A stretch of DNA of 64,000 nucleotides from Dehalococcoidia bacterium (lineage in GTDB: Bacteria; Chloroflexota; Dehalococcoidia; Plut-88900), in assembly GCA_965197645.1 (NCBI GenBank), contig OZ240219.1, positions 1,664,001 to 1,728,000 of the forward strand, in the 5' to 3' direction. Each line of letters opens with the position of its first letter. Positions within the stretch are counted from its first letter, which is position 1. The notes under the pieces are model-generated. The model did not search any database. It was given only the letters and a program-made list of their open reading frames with translations, and was not told where the DNA came from. Positions 48,474 through 57,076 of this stretch are shown here, piece after piece. The position numbers and the translations under genes were made by a program.

Positions 48474-49727
48474 CTACTCGGGGGAAGCTGTGGTCTCGGA
48501 GATGAGGGCTTCCCCTTCCGAGATGAGCTCCCGTTTTCTCTGCTCGGACCAACCCCTGGAATCGGACATCGAGTCGACGTAGGCTTTGAGGGAGTCCAGC
48601 GGGGTCATCGACTCTACGGACTGATCGCCCAGCCTGACGGTGCGCTCCCTTTCCACCTCTCTGGATATGGATGCGACGAAGTGGGCGTCGGACAGGGCTC
48701 TGCGGATCTCCGCCTCGCGGATGCCGGCGTCCAGCTCTGAGGGGACCTTGATGCGGAGGCGGACTATGGCGTCGGCGATCGAGTGTCGCTGTACCTCCCG
48801 GAGTACGACAGCCGTCGGGTCCAGATCGTCGGGTTTGACGTCGATGTCGATGGTGACGAAACGCCTGGCCTTTACCTGGTGGAACTGGTAGGAGGTAACC
48901 CGCTGGCCCTGGGGCAACGACGGGTCTATATCGACTACGTAGAATCCCTTGTCGTCCTTCTCTTCGCCGAAGTCCACCCGCTGCAGGCTGCCGCAGTACA
49001 CGACGGGCGGCGATTCGTTCAGCACCTGCATGCGATGGATGTGGCCGAGGCCGACGTAATCGAAGGTGGGCTGTGAAACGGTGCTTCGGAGCAGGACGTG
49101 ATCGCTGCCGACCATCATGCTCCGCTCCGAGCCGAGGGTGGCTTCGGATATGGACACGTGGGCGGTGAGGATGGAGGGGATGGAGGCGTCGAGGGCCTGG
49201 GACTCCTTCAGCACGTGGGCGGTCAGGATGTCCTCGATGCGCCGGTTCATCTCGTCGAAGGTGAGATTCTTTGCGGTGTCTCTCGCCAGGAGGACGCTGC
49301 GTCGAGGCCAGGGGATGGCGACGATCTGGACGGGGCCGGAGCGGGTCTCTATTCGGGTTGTGCCGGCGGTCCCGGCTACTGTGACGTTGTCGATGGCCAG
49401 GGTATCGAATATCTCGATGGCGGTGGCCCGGGCGAGGGCATTGGGTAGATCGTGGTTTCCCACCAGGAGGAAGACCTTGATGCCCTCTCCCGCCAGGCGG
49501 CCGATGCGCTTGGCGAACTCTCGCTGCTGGGTCTGGTTGGGCTCTCTGCTCTTGTAGGCGTCCCCGGCGAAGAGGACCAGGTCCACGGAGCTTTCTATGG
49601 CGAAGTCCACCAGCTCGTCGAAGGCGGCGAGGAAGTCTCCCATGCGGGTGGAGAGGCCGGTGGCGGGATCGGTGCGGCCATAGTTCTCCACGCCGATGTG
49701 CAGGTCAGAGAAGTGGAGTATACGCAT
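48474..49727 (-). CDS. sbcD: SbcD/Mre11 exonuclease subunit
   Basis: HFSDLHIG, AGD, GNHD, LGHIH, Y.GSL...DFGE. Confidence 0.92.
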   Translation of the reverse strand: MRILHFSDLHIGVENYGRTDPATGLSTRMGDFLAAFDELVDFAIESSVDLVLFAGDAYKSREPNQTQQREFAKRIGRLAGEGIKVFLLVGNHDLPNALARATAIEIFDTLAIDNVTVAGTAGTTRIETRSGPVQIVAIPWPRRSVLLARDTAKNLTFDEMNRRIEDILTAHVLKESQALDASIPSILTAHVSISEATLGSERSMMVGSDHVLLRSTVSQPTFDYVGLGHIHRMQVLNESPPVVYCGSLQRVDFGEEKDDKGFYVVDIDPSLPQGQRVTSYQFHQVKARRFVTIDIDVKPDDLDPTAVVLREVQRHSIADAIVRLRIKVPSELDAGIREAEIRRALSDAHFVASISREVERERTVRLGDQSVESMTPLDSLKAYVDSMSDSRGWSEQRKRELISEGEALISETTASPE

Positions 49728-49931
49728 TAGGGGTGGGGTTGGGTATTTTACCTAGGGTTTGCGCCGGATTGACGCCGAACTCACTCGTCTAGTGTGCTGC
49801 TCCCTATGGAGACCTCAATGATAACAAACGGACGAAAAGAACGCCGGCGTTTACTGAAGAAGACGTTCTCTTGGGTTAAGTCCCGAATGCTATAGGTATC
49901 GCGGCTATGCTACAATGACATTGATTATGGT

Positions 49932-50375
49932 CTAGAATGGCAAATCGTCTGCTACCATCACGGGATCGTCTGAATTGCTTTCCCAATCAGCCAGCGCCCA
50001 CATTCCTTGGCCAAGACTCACAAATCTGGCGTCAGAACTTAGGTGAGCACCTGTATTCTTGACGGGGTCTTCCCCGGGTACATTGATGCCATAGTCAAGC
50101 AAATTGTCGTATATCGCCTTATAGTGCAATGGGGTTTGAGCACACCCCAGTATCTCGAACATCGTATCGTGCAAATCTTCTGACCGCAGTTGTTGACCTG
50201 CGGTGGCTCCTTCCCACTGGGAGTAGTCAGCGAGCATACCTCGATAATTCTCAACTTTCTCAGCGATGTGGTCGTATGAGGCTTGTGCCTCCTTCAATTG
50301 CCTGTCGCGATCTCCCAACTCTGCCTCCAACTCTTTCAGGCGTTTCGTTACGTCGCGGATTACGATACTACTCAT
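49932..50375 (-). CDS. Coiled-coil plus HARE-HTH (RpoE/delta-like winged helix) protein with acidic DDLPF tail
   Basis: Strong RBS AGGAGGAGG before ATG 50375; heptad N-terminus; PLHYKAI...AHLSSDARFVSLGQGMWAL; lower GC. Confidence 0.75.
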   Translation of the reverse strand: MSSIVIRDVTKRLKELEAELGDRDRQLKEAQASYDHIAEKVENYRGMLADYSQWEGATAGQQLRSEDLHDTMFEILGCAQTPLHYKAIYDNLLDYGINVPGEDPVKNTGAHLSSDARFVSLGQGMWALADWESNSDDPVMVADDLPF

Positions 50376-50430
50376 AAAATTCCTCCTCCTAGCCCTTGAC
50401 AACATGACCCTAGTGTGTTCAATGAATGTG

Positions 50431-50502
50431 TGGAGAGGACGGGTATCGAACCCGCATCACCCGACTCTAACTCGGGTATCTTCCCCATTAGAAGACCTCC
50501 CC
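50431..50502 (-). tRNA. Atypical tRNA-like gene: Ala identity elements, UAG anticodon, no encoded CCA
   Basis: GGGGAGG-TC-TTCT-AATGGGGA-AGAT-A-CCCGA-GTTAGAG-TCGGG-TGAT-GCGGG-TTCGATA-CCCGT-CCTCTCC-A (72 nt cloverleaf). Confidence 0.75.
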
Positions 50503-50505
50503 ACG

Positions 50506-50671
50506 ACGTGCATTCGGTAGGGTTTGCCCCCCGCCACCGGATCCCCGCAAGGGACCAGTGGCCAATGCCGAAGGTACGTGTGGCCCAGGTAGGGATTGCA
50601 CGTACAGCATTAATTGGTGTTGCAGCACCAGCTGATACTCCTGTGATCTCAGGCCCCTGCCTGGGCCACAT
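50506..50671. ncRNA. Two long stem-loops, candidate structured ncRNA
   Basis: Three-way junction 50506-50579; 16-bp inverted repeat TGTGGCCCAGGTAGGG/CCCTGCCTGGGCCACA enclosing an inner stem; several G-U pairs. Confidence 0.4.
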
Positions 50672-50775
50672 CCATTGTAGGGCAGCGCATGATACGCCGT
50701 CAATCGGAATATGAAGCAATTTTCCCCATGTAGTGTCCACCCGTCTCGTGCCTGCCGCAGAATGGCCATCGATAG

Positions 50776-51027
50776 TCAGTTATCAACCCGTACGATGGAG
50801 TGACCCATGGCCGGCCCCAACTTCGCTGGCAGGCCGTTCCGCCTACAATGAAGTCTGGCGAAGGCTGCCATCTTCCTGCGAGTCACCTCGAGGAATGTGT
50901 TTCCGTCCCATCCTCCAGCCCATTCCGTTGCACGTCCCATTCCGGCTAAGGCGAAAAGAAAGCTGTACACCGGCTCTGGTGGTCGGTTGAGGTACGAGAT
51001 TTTAACTACACCCACATCGAGTCCCAT
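50776..51027 (-). CDS. Small hypothetical protein, possibly truncated
   Basis: GGGGGAA RBS then MGLDVGVVKISYLNRPP...; no motif recognised with confidence. Confidence 0.45.
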   Translation of the reverse strand: MGLDVGVVKISYLNRPPEPVYSFLFALAGMGRATEWAGGWDGNTFLEVTRRKMAAFARLHCRRNGLPAKLGPAMGHSIVRVDN

Positions 51028-51099
51028 GCTGTTCCCCCCGTTGAATTTGGTCCAGCATTGTATCGGACCCGCGGCGATTTGAGAGGACCCTAACGGAAA

Positions 51100-51206
51100 C
51101 CCTCACCCCTGGCCCCTCTCCCTTAGCAAGGGAGAGGGGAATAAGAACAGGTGGGGGACACCCCCATACCCCCGTCAAAAGGGGCAAGGCCCCTTTGGAA
51201 TCCCCC
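51100..51206. repeat. Cluster of REP-like palindromes
   Basis: CCCTCACCCC..CCCCTCTCCCTT-AGC-AAGGGAGAGGGG; TGGGGG-ACA-CCCCCA; AAAGGGGC-AAG-GCCCCTTT. Confidence 0.7.
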
Positions 51207-51286
51207 CTGTATCGACGGCTAGTTGGGAGAAATCAGGTGGGGAACCCCCGGCTCTCGTTTCGGGGTTGAGGAAAGGGCCGGTGGCC

Positions 51287-52612
51287 TCAGCTCTCTAGCT
51301 GGTTTCGCAGGGCGTCCGCCAACCCGTCTATACTCACCCGCTCCTGGGCCATGGTGTCCCGGTTGCGGACGGTGACCTGGTGGTCATCCAGGGAGTCGAA
51401 GTCCACGGTGACGCAGAGGGGCGTGCCGATCTCGTCCTGCCGGCGGTAGCGGCGGCCGATGCTCTGGGCATCGTCGTACTGGGCCCGGAAGTGGGAGCGC
51501 ACCTGGTTGAAGACCTCCCTCGCCTTGGGCAGGAGCTTTTCGTTGCGGCTCAGGGGCAGGACGGCCACCTGCACCGGGCAGAGGTCTTTGTGCAGCTTCA
51601 GCAGGACTCGGGTCTCATCGCGGACCATCTCCTCGTGGTAGGCGTCGATGATGAAGGCCAGGGCGGCCCTGTCCACGCCGGCGGCAGGCTCGATGACGTA
51701 GGGCAGGACGTGCTCCTTGGCATCGTTGTCGAAGTAGGTTAGCGAGCGGCCGCTGCTCTGGGAATGCTGCTTGAGATCGTAGTCGGTGCGGTTGGCGATG
51801 CCCTCGAGCTCGGACCAGCCCATGGGGAAGAGGTACTCGACGTCGGAGCAGGCCTTGGCGTAGTGGGCAAGCTCATCGGCCTCGTGGGGCCGGAGGCGCA
51901 GGTTTTCCTTTCGAATGCCCAGGTCAACGTACCAATCGAACCGCTCCTGAATCCAGTACTCGAGCCACTCGTCGTCGGCGCCGGGGTTGACGAAGAACTC
52001 CATCTCCATCTGCTCGAACTCCCGGGTACGGAAGGTGAAGTTGCCGGGAGTGATCTCGTTGCGAAAGGACTTGCCTATCTGGGCGATGCCGAAGGGGAGG
52101 CGCTTGCGGGTGGAGGTGAGGACGTTTTCGAAGTTGACGAAGATGCCCTGGGCGGTCTCCGGCCTGAGGTAGACGGTGGCGGCGTCCTCCTCGACGGGGC
52201 CCATGAAGGTCTTGAACATCAGATTGAACTGTCGAGGATCGGCCAGATCGCCCCCGCAGTCGGGGCAGGTGTCACCCTCGAGATCGTCGGAGCGAAAGCG
52301 GTGATGACAGACCCGGCACTCGACGAGGGGGTCAGAGAAGCTGTCCAGGTGCCCGCTGGCCTTCCAGACATCGGGATGGAGAAGGATGGCCGAATCGAGG
52401 CCGACGACGTCGTCCCTCCCGTGTACCATCGATCGCCACCACGCCTCCTTGACGTTGCGCTTGAGCTCGACGCCCAGGGGGCCGTAGTCCCATACGCTGC
52501 CGAGGCCGCCGTATATCTCGCTGTTCTGAAAGATCAGCCCCCGGCGCTTGCACAGGGACACGATCTTCTCCATCGTCACTACGTCCGAAGTTTGGGTCAC
52601 AGGGGTCTCCAT
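51287..52612 (-). CDS. glyQS: Glycine--tRNA ligase (alpha2 type)
   Basis: [51 protein letters not shown]; start 52612 or 52573. Confidence 0.96.
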   Translation of the reverse strand: METPVTQTSDVVTMEKIVSLCKRRGLIFQNSEIYGGLGSVWDYGPLGVELKRNVKEAWWRSMVHGRDDVVGLDSAILLHPDVWKASGHLDSFSDPLVECRVCHHRFRSDDLEGDTCPDCGGDLADPRQFNLMFKTFMGPVEEDAATVYLRPETAQGIFVNFENVLTSTRKRLPFGIAQIGKSFRNEITPGNFTFRTREFEQMEMEFFVNPGADDEWLEYWIQERFDWYVDLGIRKENLRLRPHEADELAHYAKACSDVEYLFPMGWSELEGIANRTDYDLKQHSQSSGRSLTYFDNDAKEHVLPYVIEPAAGVDRAALAFIIDAYHEEMVRDETRVLLKLHKDLCPVQVAVLPLSRNEKLLPKAREVFNQVRSHFRAQYDDAQSIGRRYRRQDEIGTPLCVTVDFDSLDDHQVTVRNRDTMAQERVSIDGLADALRNQLES

Positions 52613-52762
52613 CGTGGTCGGTAGTCGGTAATGTACGGGTCTGACGCTTTTTCGAACGTTAACAATTTCGTCCAGGCATGTCAAAAGCGGATTTGAGTAG
52701 CGTCTTGACTGGGCAAGGCGCGATATGACAGACTAGGTCGTTGCTTCGGTAATCAGTCACAG

Positions 52763-53398
52763 ATGCTAATAGACCTTCACAATCACACCTGGCCCGCTTC
52801 CGACGACAGCCTGTTAAGTCCCGAGGAGCTGATAGAGAAGGCGAAGGCCGCCGGCATGGACGGCATCTGCATAACCGACCACGATTGGTTCTGGGACCCG
52901 GAGGAGGTCAAGCACCTGGGTGAAAAGATGGACTTCCTGGTGATTCCCGGCGTGGAAATCAATACCGAGGAGGGCCACCTGCTGGTCTTTGGACTGGAGG
53001 AGTATGTGTTCGGGATGCATAGGGCCTCCTTCGTGAAGAACGAGTTGGAGAAGAACGGCGGCGGAGCGATTATCGCCGCCCACCCCTATCGCAGGCAGTA
53101 CAAGCCGGAGCACGATGCAGAACAGTATCAGGAATCGTTGGAGAAGGCCGCCCGAAAGGGGATCTACGCCGTGGCCGATGGCATCGAGGTGATGAACGGC
53201 AGAGGTAAGGACCTGGAGAACAACTACTCCGGTGAGCTGGCCGGGATGCTGGGCATGAGCGGCGCCGCAACCAGCGATGCCCACCAGCAGCACGACATCG
53301 CCAAGAACGCCACCCGGTTCGAGCGCAGGATCACCGGCCTAGAGGACCTGATCACCGAGCTGAAAGCGGGCCGGTTCAAACCCGAGCCCCTTAGATAG
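52763..53398 (+). CDS. PHP-domain metal-dependent phosphoesterase
   Basis: IDLHNHT, ITDHD, GHLL, AHPYR, SDAH. Confidence 0.9.
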   Translation: MLIDLHNHTWPASDDSLLSPEELIEKAKAAGMDGICITDHDWFWDPEEVKHLGEKMDFLVIPGVEINTEEGHLLVFGLEEYVFGMHRASFVKNELEKNGGGAIIAAHPYRRQYKPEHDAEQYQESLEKAARKGIYAVADGIEVMNGRGKDLENNYSGELAGMLGMSGAATSDAHQQHDIAKNATRFERRITGLEDLITELKAGRFKPEPLR

Positions 53399-53434
53399 GC
53401 TACTTCCACTTCGGGCCTATCGGCGAGGATAGCA

Positions 53435-54436
53435 ATGCAAGCTGCAACTCCCCAGAATGACGTAGTACTGCAGGTCAAGAACCTCCACTCCTATTACAAC
53501 ACCAAGGAGGGAGTAGTTAAGGCCGTCAACGGTGTGACCTTCGATCTGCGGAAGGGCACCGTACTGGGAATCTTGGGCGAAAGCGGATGCGGCAAGACGG
53601 CCACGGCGCTATCCCTGCTCAGGCTGCTGCCCTTTCCTGGAGAGACCGTCGAGGGCGAGGTGATACTGAACGGCCGGGACCTGCTATCGCTGGATGATGA
53701 AGAGATAAGGCTGGTGCGAGGCTACGAGATGGCCATATCGTTCCAGGACGCCTCCAACGCACTCAATCCGGTGGCTACCGTGGGCGAGCAGGTCGGCGAG
53801 ATATTCTCGGCCCACTTCGAGATGACGGGGGAGGAGGCTGAGGAACGGGCCATAGATGCCCTCGACCGGATGGAGCTGCCCGACCCGGAGGAGCTGGTAA
53901 GACGGTACCCGTTCCAGATCAGCGGCGGCATGGCCCAGCGGGTGATGATGGCGATGGCGCTGGCCCTCCAGCCGGACGTACTGATCGCCGATGAGCCCAC
54001 GTCGGCCGTGGACGTTACGGTCCAAGCCTACATGGTGGGGCTGCTGAGGAAGCTGAAGGAGGAGCAGGGAGCCGCCATTATCCTCATAACCCACGATCTG
54101 GGGGTCATCGCCCAGCTAGCTGACATGGTAGCGGTGATGTACGCCGGATCGATAGTGGAGTACGCCGATACGGACACCCTTTTCAAACGGCCTTCCCATC
54201 CCTATACGTCGGCACTTATAGAATCCGTGCCCAGGATGGACATGCCCCACAAGATTCTGAAACCGCTGAGAGGCGCGCCTCCCAGCCTGTTGGACCCGCC
54301 CGAAGAGTGCTCCTTCCTTCCCAGGTGCCACAAGGCGATGACCCACTGCCGGATCTCGCCGATGCCGGCGTTGGAAGAGTTTGAATCGGGACACAGTGTG
54401 GCCTGTTACAATCGGGTGCTCCACGACTGGGCCTAG
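53435..54436 (+). CDS. Oligopeptide/dipeptide ABC transporter ATP-binding subunit (OppD/DppD-like)
   Basis: GESGCGKT, ISGGMAQR, IADEPT, ITHDL, HPYT, C.F.PRC. Confidence 0.93.
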   Translation: MQAATPQNDVVLQVKNLHSYYNTKEGVVKAVNGVTFDLRKGTVLGILGESGCGKTATALSLLRLLPFPGETVEGEVILNGRDLLSLDDEEIRLVRGYEMAISFQDASNALNPVATVGEQVGEIFSAHFEMTGEEAEERAIDALDRMELPDPEELVRRYPFQISGGMAQRVMMAMALALQPDVLIADEPTSAVDVTVQAYMVGLLRKLKEEQGAAIILITHDLGVIAQLADMVAVMYAGSIVEYADTDTLFKRPSHPYTSALIESVPRMDMPHKILKPLRGAPPSLLDPPEECSFLPRCHKAMTHCRISPMPALEEFESGHSVACYNRVLHDWA

Positions 54437-54500
54437 GCAGGGCAGGCCTTGCACCCATAACATGATAGAAGAGAGAGCAACATCCGAATCCGCACCCCCC

Positions 54501-54540
54501 TGTCATTGCGAGACCCGACGAAGTCGGGGCGTGGCAATCT
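54501..54540. repeat. REP-like palindromic element between convergent genes
   Basis: TGTCATTGCGAG-ACCCGAC-GAA-GTCGGG-GCGTGGCAATCT; nested inverted repeats. Confidence 0.6.
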
Positions 54541-54623
54541 AGCTACGTCTGGACGTTGCTCCGCCCCAGGTTGTTCTTCCATCCCGCTTTCGAACGAGGC
54601 TAGGGCGGGCTCGTCCTGGGGTG

Positions 54624-55652
54624 TTATTCGGTCCGGCGTGGAGGAACGCGAGACTGGGCCAGTTCGATGACCAGCAATTCCAGTGAGAGCTTTTCCGGAA
54701 GCTCGCCGGACTTGAAGGCCAAGTCAGCCTGCAGCATCTGTCGGTAGGCGCCCTTCAGCTCTTCGGTACGGTAGACGGCGGACTGGTCTAGCACTTTGCC
54801 GAGAGCGTAATCCGAGCTCAATCCCGCCGCTCGGCCGATATCCTGCCTGGATCCTCCCCGACGTTCCAGGTCCTTTGCAAGGGTGAGCATCCGGTACTGC
54901 CTGGCGAGCATGGTCATTACGTAGGAGGACGAGGCGCCGGACCTATACAGCGTGTCCAACTCGAGACAGGCCCGGGCGGGTCGTCCCTCTACAACAGCGT
55001 CCACCAGAGCGAAAATGTTGGACTCCCGAGAACCCGCTACCAGCCTCTCTACGTCCTGTTCATCTATCGGGCGGTCCAGGGCGAACACGGAGAGCTTGTC
55101 TATCTCGGCAGCCAGTGCCCAGAGGGACCCTCCTGCCGCGTGAGCCAGCCGTCTCACCGCTTCCGGGGTGATGGTAGAACCGGACTTGGAGGCGCGGTGC
55201 TGAATCCATTGATTAAGTCGTGATCCTCTCAGCGGGGTGAACTCCTTTGCCTCGGCGAGGGGAGAGAGGAGCTTGAGCATGGCGTTTTGCTTCTTCAGAA
55301 GTCCATCGACGAAGACCAGTGCCGTCGTTTCGGGCAGTGCCTGGAGGGAATCAGCGATGGATTGCCAGTCCTTTATGTTGGAGGAGTCCTTCCGCCGGCC
55401 GGCTGCTCCCCTTCGACCTCGGCGGTCCCTTTCCTCCCAACGGCCCAGAAAACCCTCGACGACGACCAACCGCCGGGGGCCGAGGAAGGGTACGGTTGAT
55501 GAGGCCATCAGAAGCTGGTCCGGGGTCAAGTCCGGGCCCTGGAGCCTGCTGGTGTTGGTCTCCAGCATGTCGGGCGGCCCCAGGTCGGCCTTCAACTCCT
55601 CGAGGGCCTCTCGCCGAGAGTAGTCGTTTTCGCCGAAGTAGATATGGATCAT
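54624..55652 (-). CDS. holA: DNA polymerase III delta subunit
   Basis: IHIYFGENDY, TVPFLGPRRLVVV, EIDKL, IFALVDAV, AD..FKSG. Confidence 0.9.
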   Translation of the reverse strand: MIHIYFGENDYSRREALEELKADLGPPDMLETNTSRLQGPDLTPDQLLMASSTVPFLGPRRLVVVEGFLGRWEERDRRGRRGAAGRRKDSSNIKDWQSIADSLQALPETTALVFVDGLLKKQNAMLKLLSPLAEAKEFTPLRGSRLNQWIQHRASKSGSTITPEAVRRLAHAAGGSLWALAAEIDKLSVFALDRPIDEQDVERLVAGSRESNIFALVDAVVEGRPARACLELDTLYRSGASSSYVMTMLARQYRMLTLAKDLERRGGSRQDIGRAAGLSSDYALGKVLDQSAVYRTEELKGAYRQMLQADLAFKSGELPEKLSLELLVIELAQSRVPPRRTE

Positions 55653-55661
55653 GCAGATCGA

Positions 55662-56942
55662 TCAGGTGGGTGTCGCGGTAATTCTAGGGCTGCGGGCGAG
55701 AAGGGTCAAAATCGCAGCGACGGCCAGCCCTACCAGGAAAATCCAAAAGGCGATGGTGAAATCTCCAGTACGATCGGCTATCACGACGGTGAGTAGAGGA
55801 GCCGCGGCGAAGGCGCAGCCGGTGGTAAACGAGACGACGCCCCGTATGCTCCCCAAGAATGTACGTCCAAAGTAGTTGGCGAAGAGCTGGGAAGTCAACG
55901 GGTCCATGCCGGCGACACCGGTGCCAAAGCAGATGGCCCACAAGACCATAAAGGGAACGTTGGTGGCATGGATCAGAAACAGCATGCCCACGCCGGCGAA
56001 GATGAAAGCGCCCGCCGCCGAGTACTTGGGGTTGACCCTGTCGGCGACCAGGAGCCAGATAGCCCGGCTGGTAAAGCTGGACACCGTTACAAGAGTCGCT
56101 CCAGTAATGGCGACGTCATCGGAGAAGTTCCCTTTGAGGTAGGTGACGCCGTTGATGAGGACCCCGGCCAGCGCCGACAGACCCAGATTGGTCGCGATCA
56201 GGATTAGCCAAAAGGGGGCGGTCCGCATAGCCGATGCCAATGTCCAGGAGACGCCCGATATGTGAGGGGTCGGTCTCGTTGCTCCGGCATGGGGTCCCGT
56301 GGGCGAATCTCCGTCTGGGAGAAGGCCGATATCTTCGGGGCTGCGCCTCATCAAGAGACTGTTCGCCGGCACCAAAACGGCGGCGATGATGATGCCCATG
56401 ATCAACCAGGTGGCCCTCCATCCGACCCCGGATACCATTACCTGGGTCAGAGGCAGCAGAATGATCCCGCTCAAGGGCCGTCCCATGGTGGCCATGATGA
56501 GCGCCTTGCCCCTGCGGCGGGTGAAGAACTTCGAGACCACCGTCGGCACCACGAGGGAGGCGGAGGCGTTCATCAGGAAGGCCACAAGCAGACCGAACAC
56601 AAGATAGTACTGCCACAGCTCTTGCACCTGGCTAACCAGGGCTATGCCCACGCCGCCGGTTAACGAGGCTATGGCCATGATGGCCCGCGGGCCGTTCTTC
56701 CGGTCCACCAGGGGTCCAACGAAGGGACTGACAACCGTGCCCACGATGGCGGAAATGGTTATACCCCAGACGATCTCGGTGAGGGACCAGCCCAGGTCTG
56801 CATCGTCGGCCATGGGCTTGATGAGCACGGCGAAGGCGTAGCCGGCGAAACCGGCCCCTCCGAAGTTGTTGGCGAAGCCAAGGGCTACTATCCACCACCC
56901 GTAGAAGGGACGCTGTCCGGTTATGGTGGGGAGCCTGGGCAA
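55662..56942 (-). CDS. MFS transporter
   Basis: FYGWWIV, G.LVDR..GPR, 12 TM pattern, YFGRTFLGSIRG. Confidence 0.9.
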   Translation of the reverse strand: MPRLPTITGQRPFYGWWIVALGFANNFGGAGFAGYAFAVLIKPMADDADLGWSLTEIVWGITISAIVGTVVSPFVGPLVDRKNGPRAIMAIASLTGGVGIALVSQVQELWQYYLVFGLLVAFLMNASASLVVPTVVSKFFTRRRGKALIMATMGRPLSGIILLPLTQVMVSGVGWRATWLIMGIIIAAVLVPANSLLMRRSPEDIGLLPDGDSPTGPHAGATRPTPHISGVSWTLASAMRTAPFWLILIATNLGLSALAGVLINGVTYLKGNFSDDVAITGATLVTVSSFTSRAIWLLVADRVNPKYSAAGAFIFAGVGMLFLIHATNVPFMVLWAICFGTGVAGMDPLTSQLFANYFGRTFLGSIRGVVSFTTGCAFAAAPLLTVVIADRTGDFTIAFWIFLVGLAVAAILTLLARSPRITATPT

Positions 56943-57076
56943 GGGTGTAGTCGGCGGTGGGGAGAGATATCGCCCGTGTAGGGTACATCAGTTAGGGGCG
57001 GGACACTAGAGTTGGAAGGAGCGGTTGGCGAAGCGATCGGCGCCTCGCCGAATCGCGGCGGAGAATCAGGTCGTCT

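Noticed and set aside
50431-50503. Plus-strand tRNA-Pyl, or tRNA-Sec
   Set aside because: The T-loop, D-loop and G-U wobbles place the cloverleaf on the minus strand; there is no long variable arm or UCA anticodon, and no pyl genes in the window
51100-51270. CRISPR array
   Set aside because: The palindromes differ from each other, with no repeat-spacer periodicity and no cas genes
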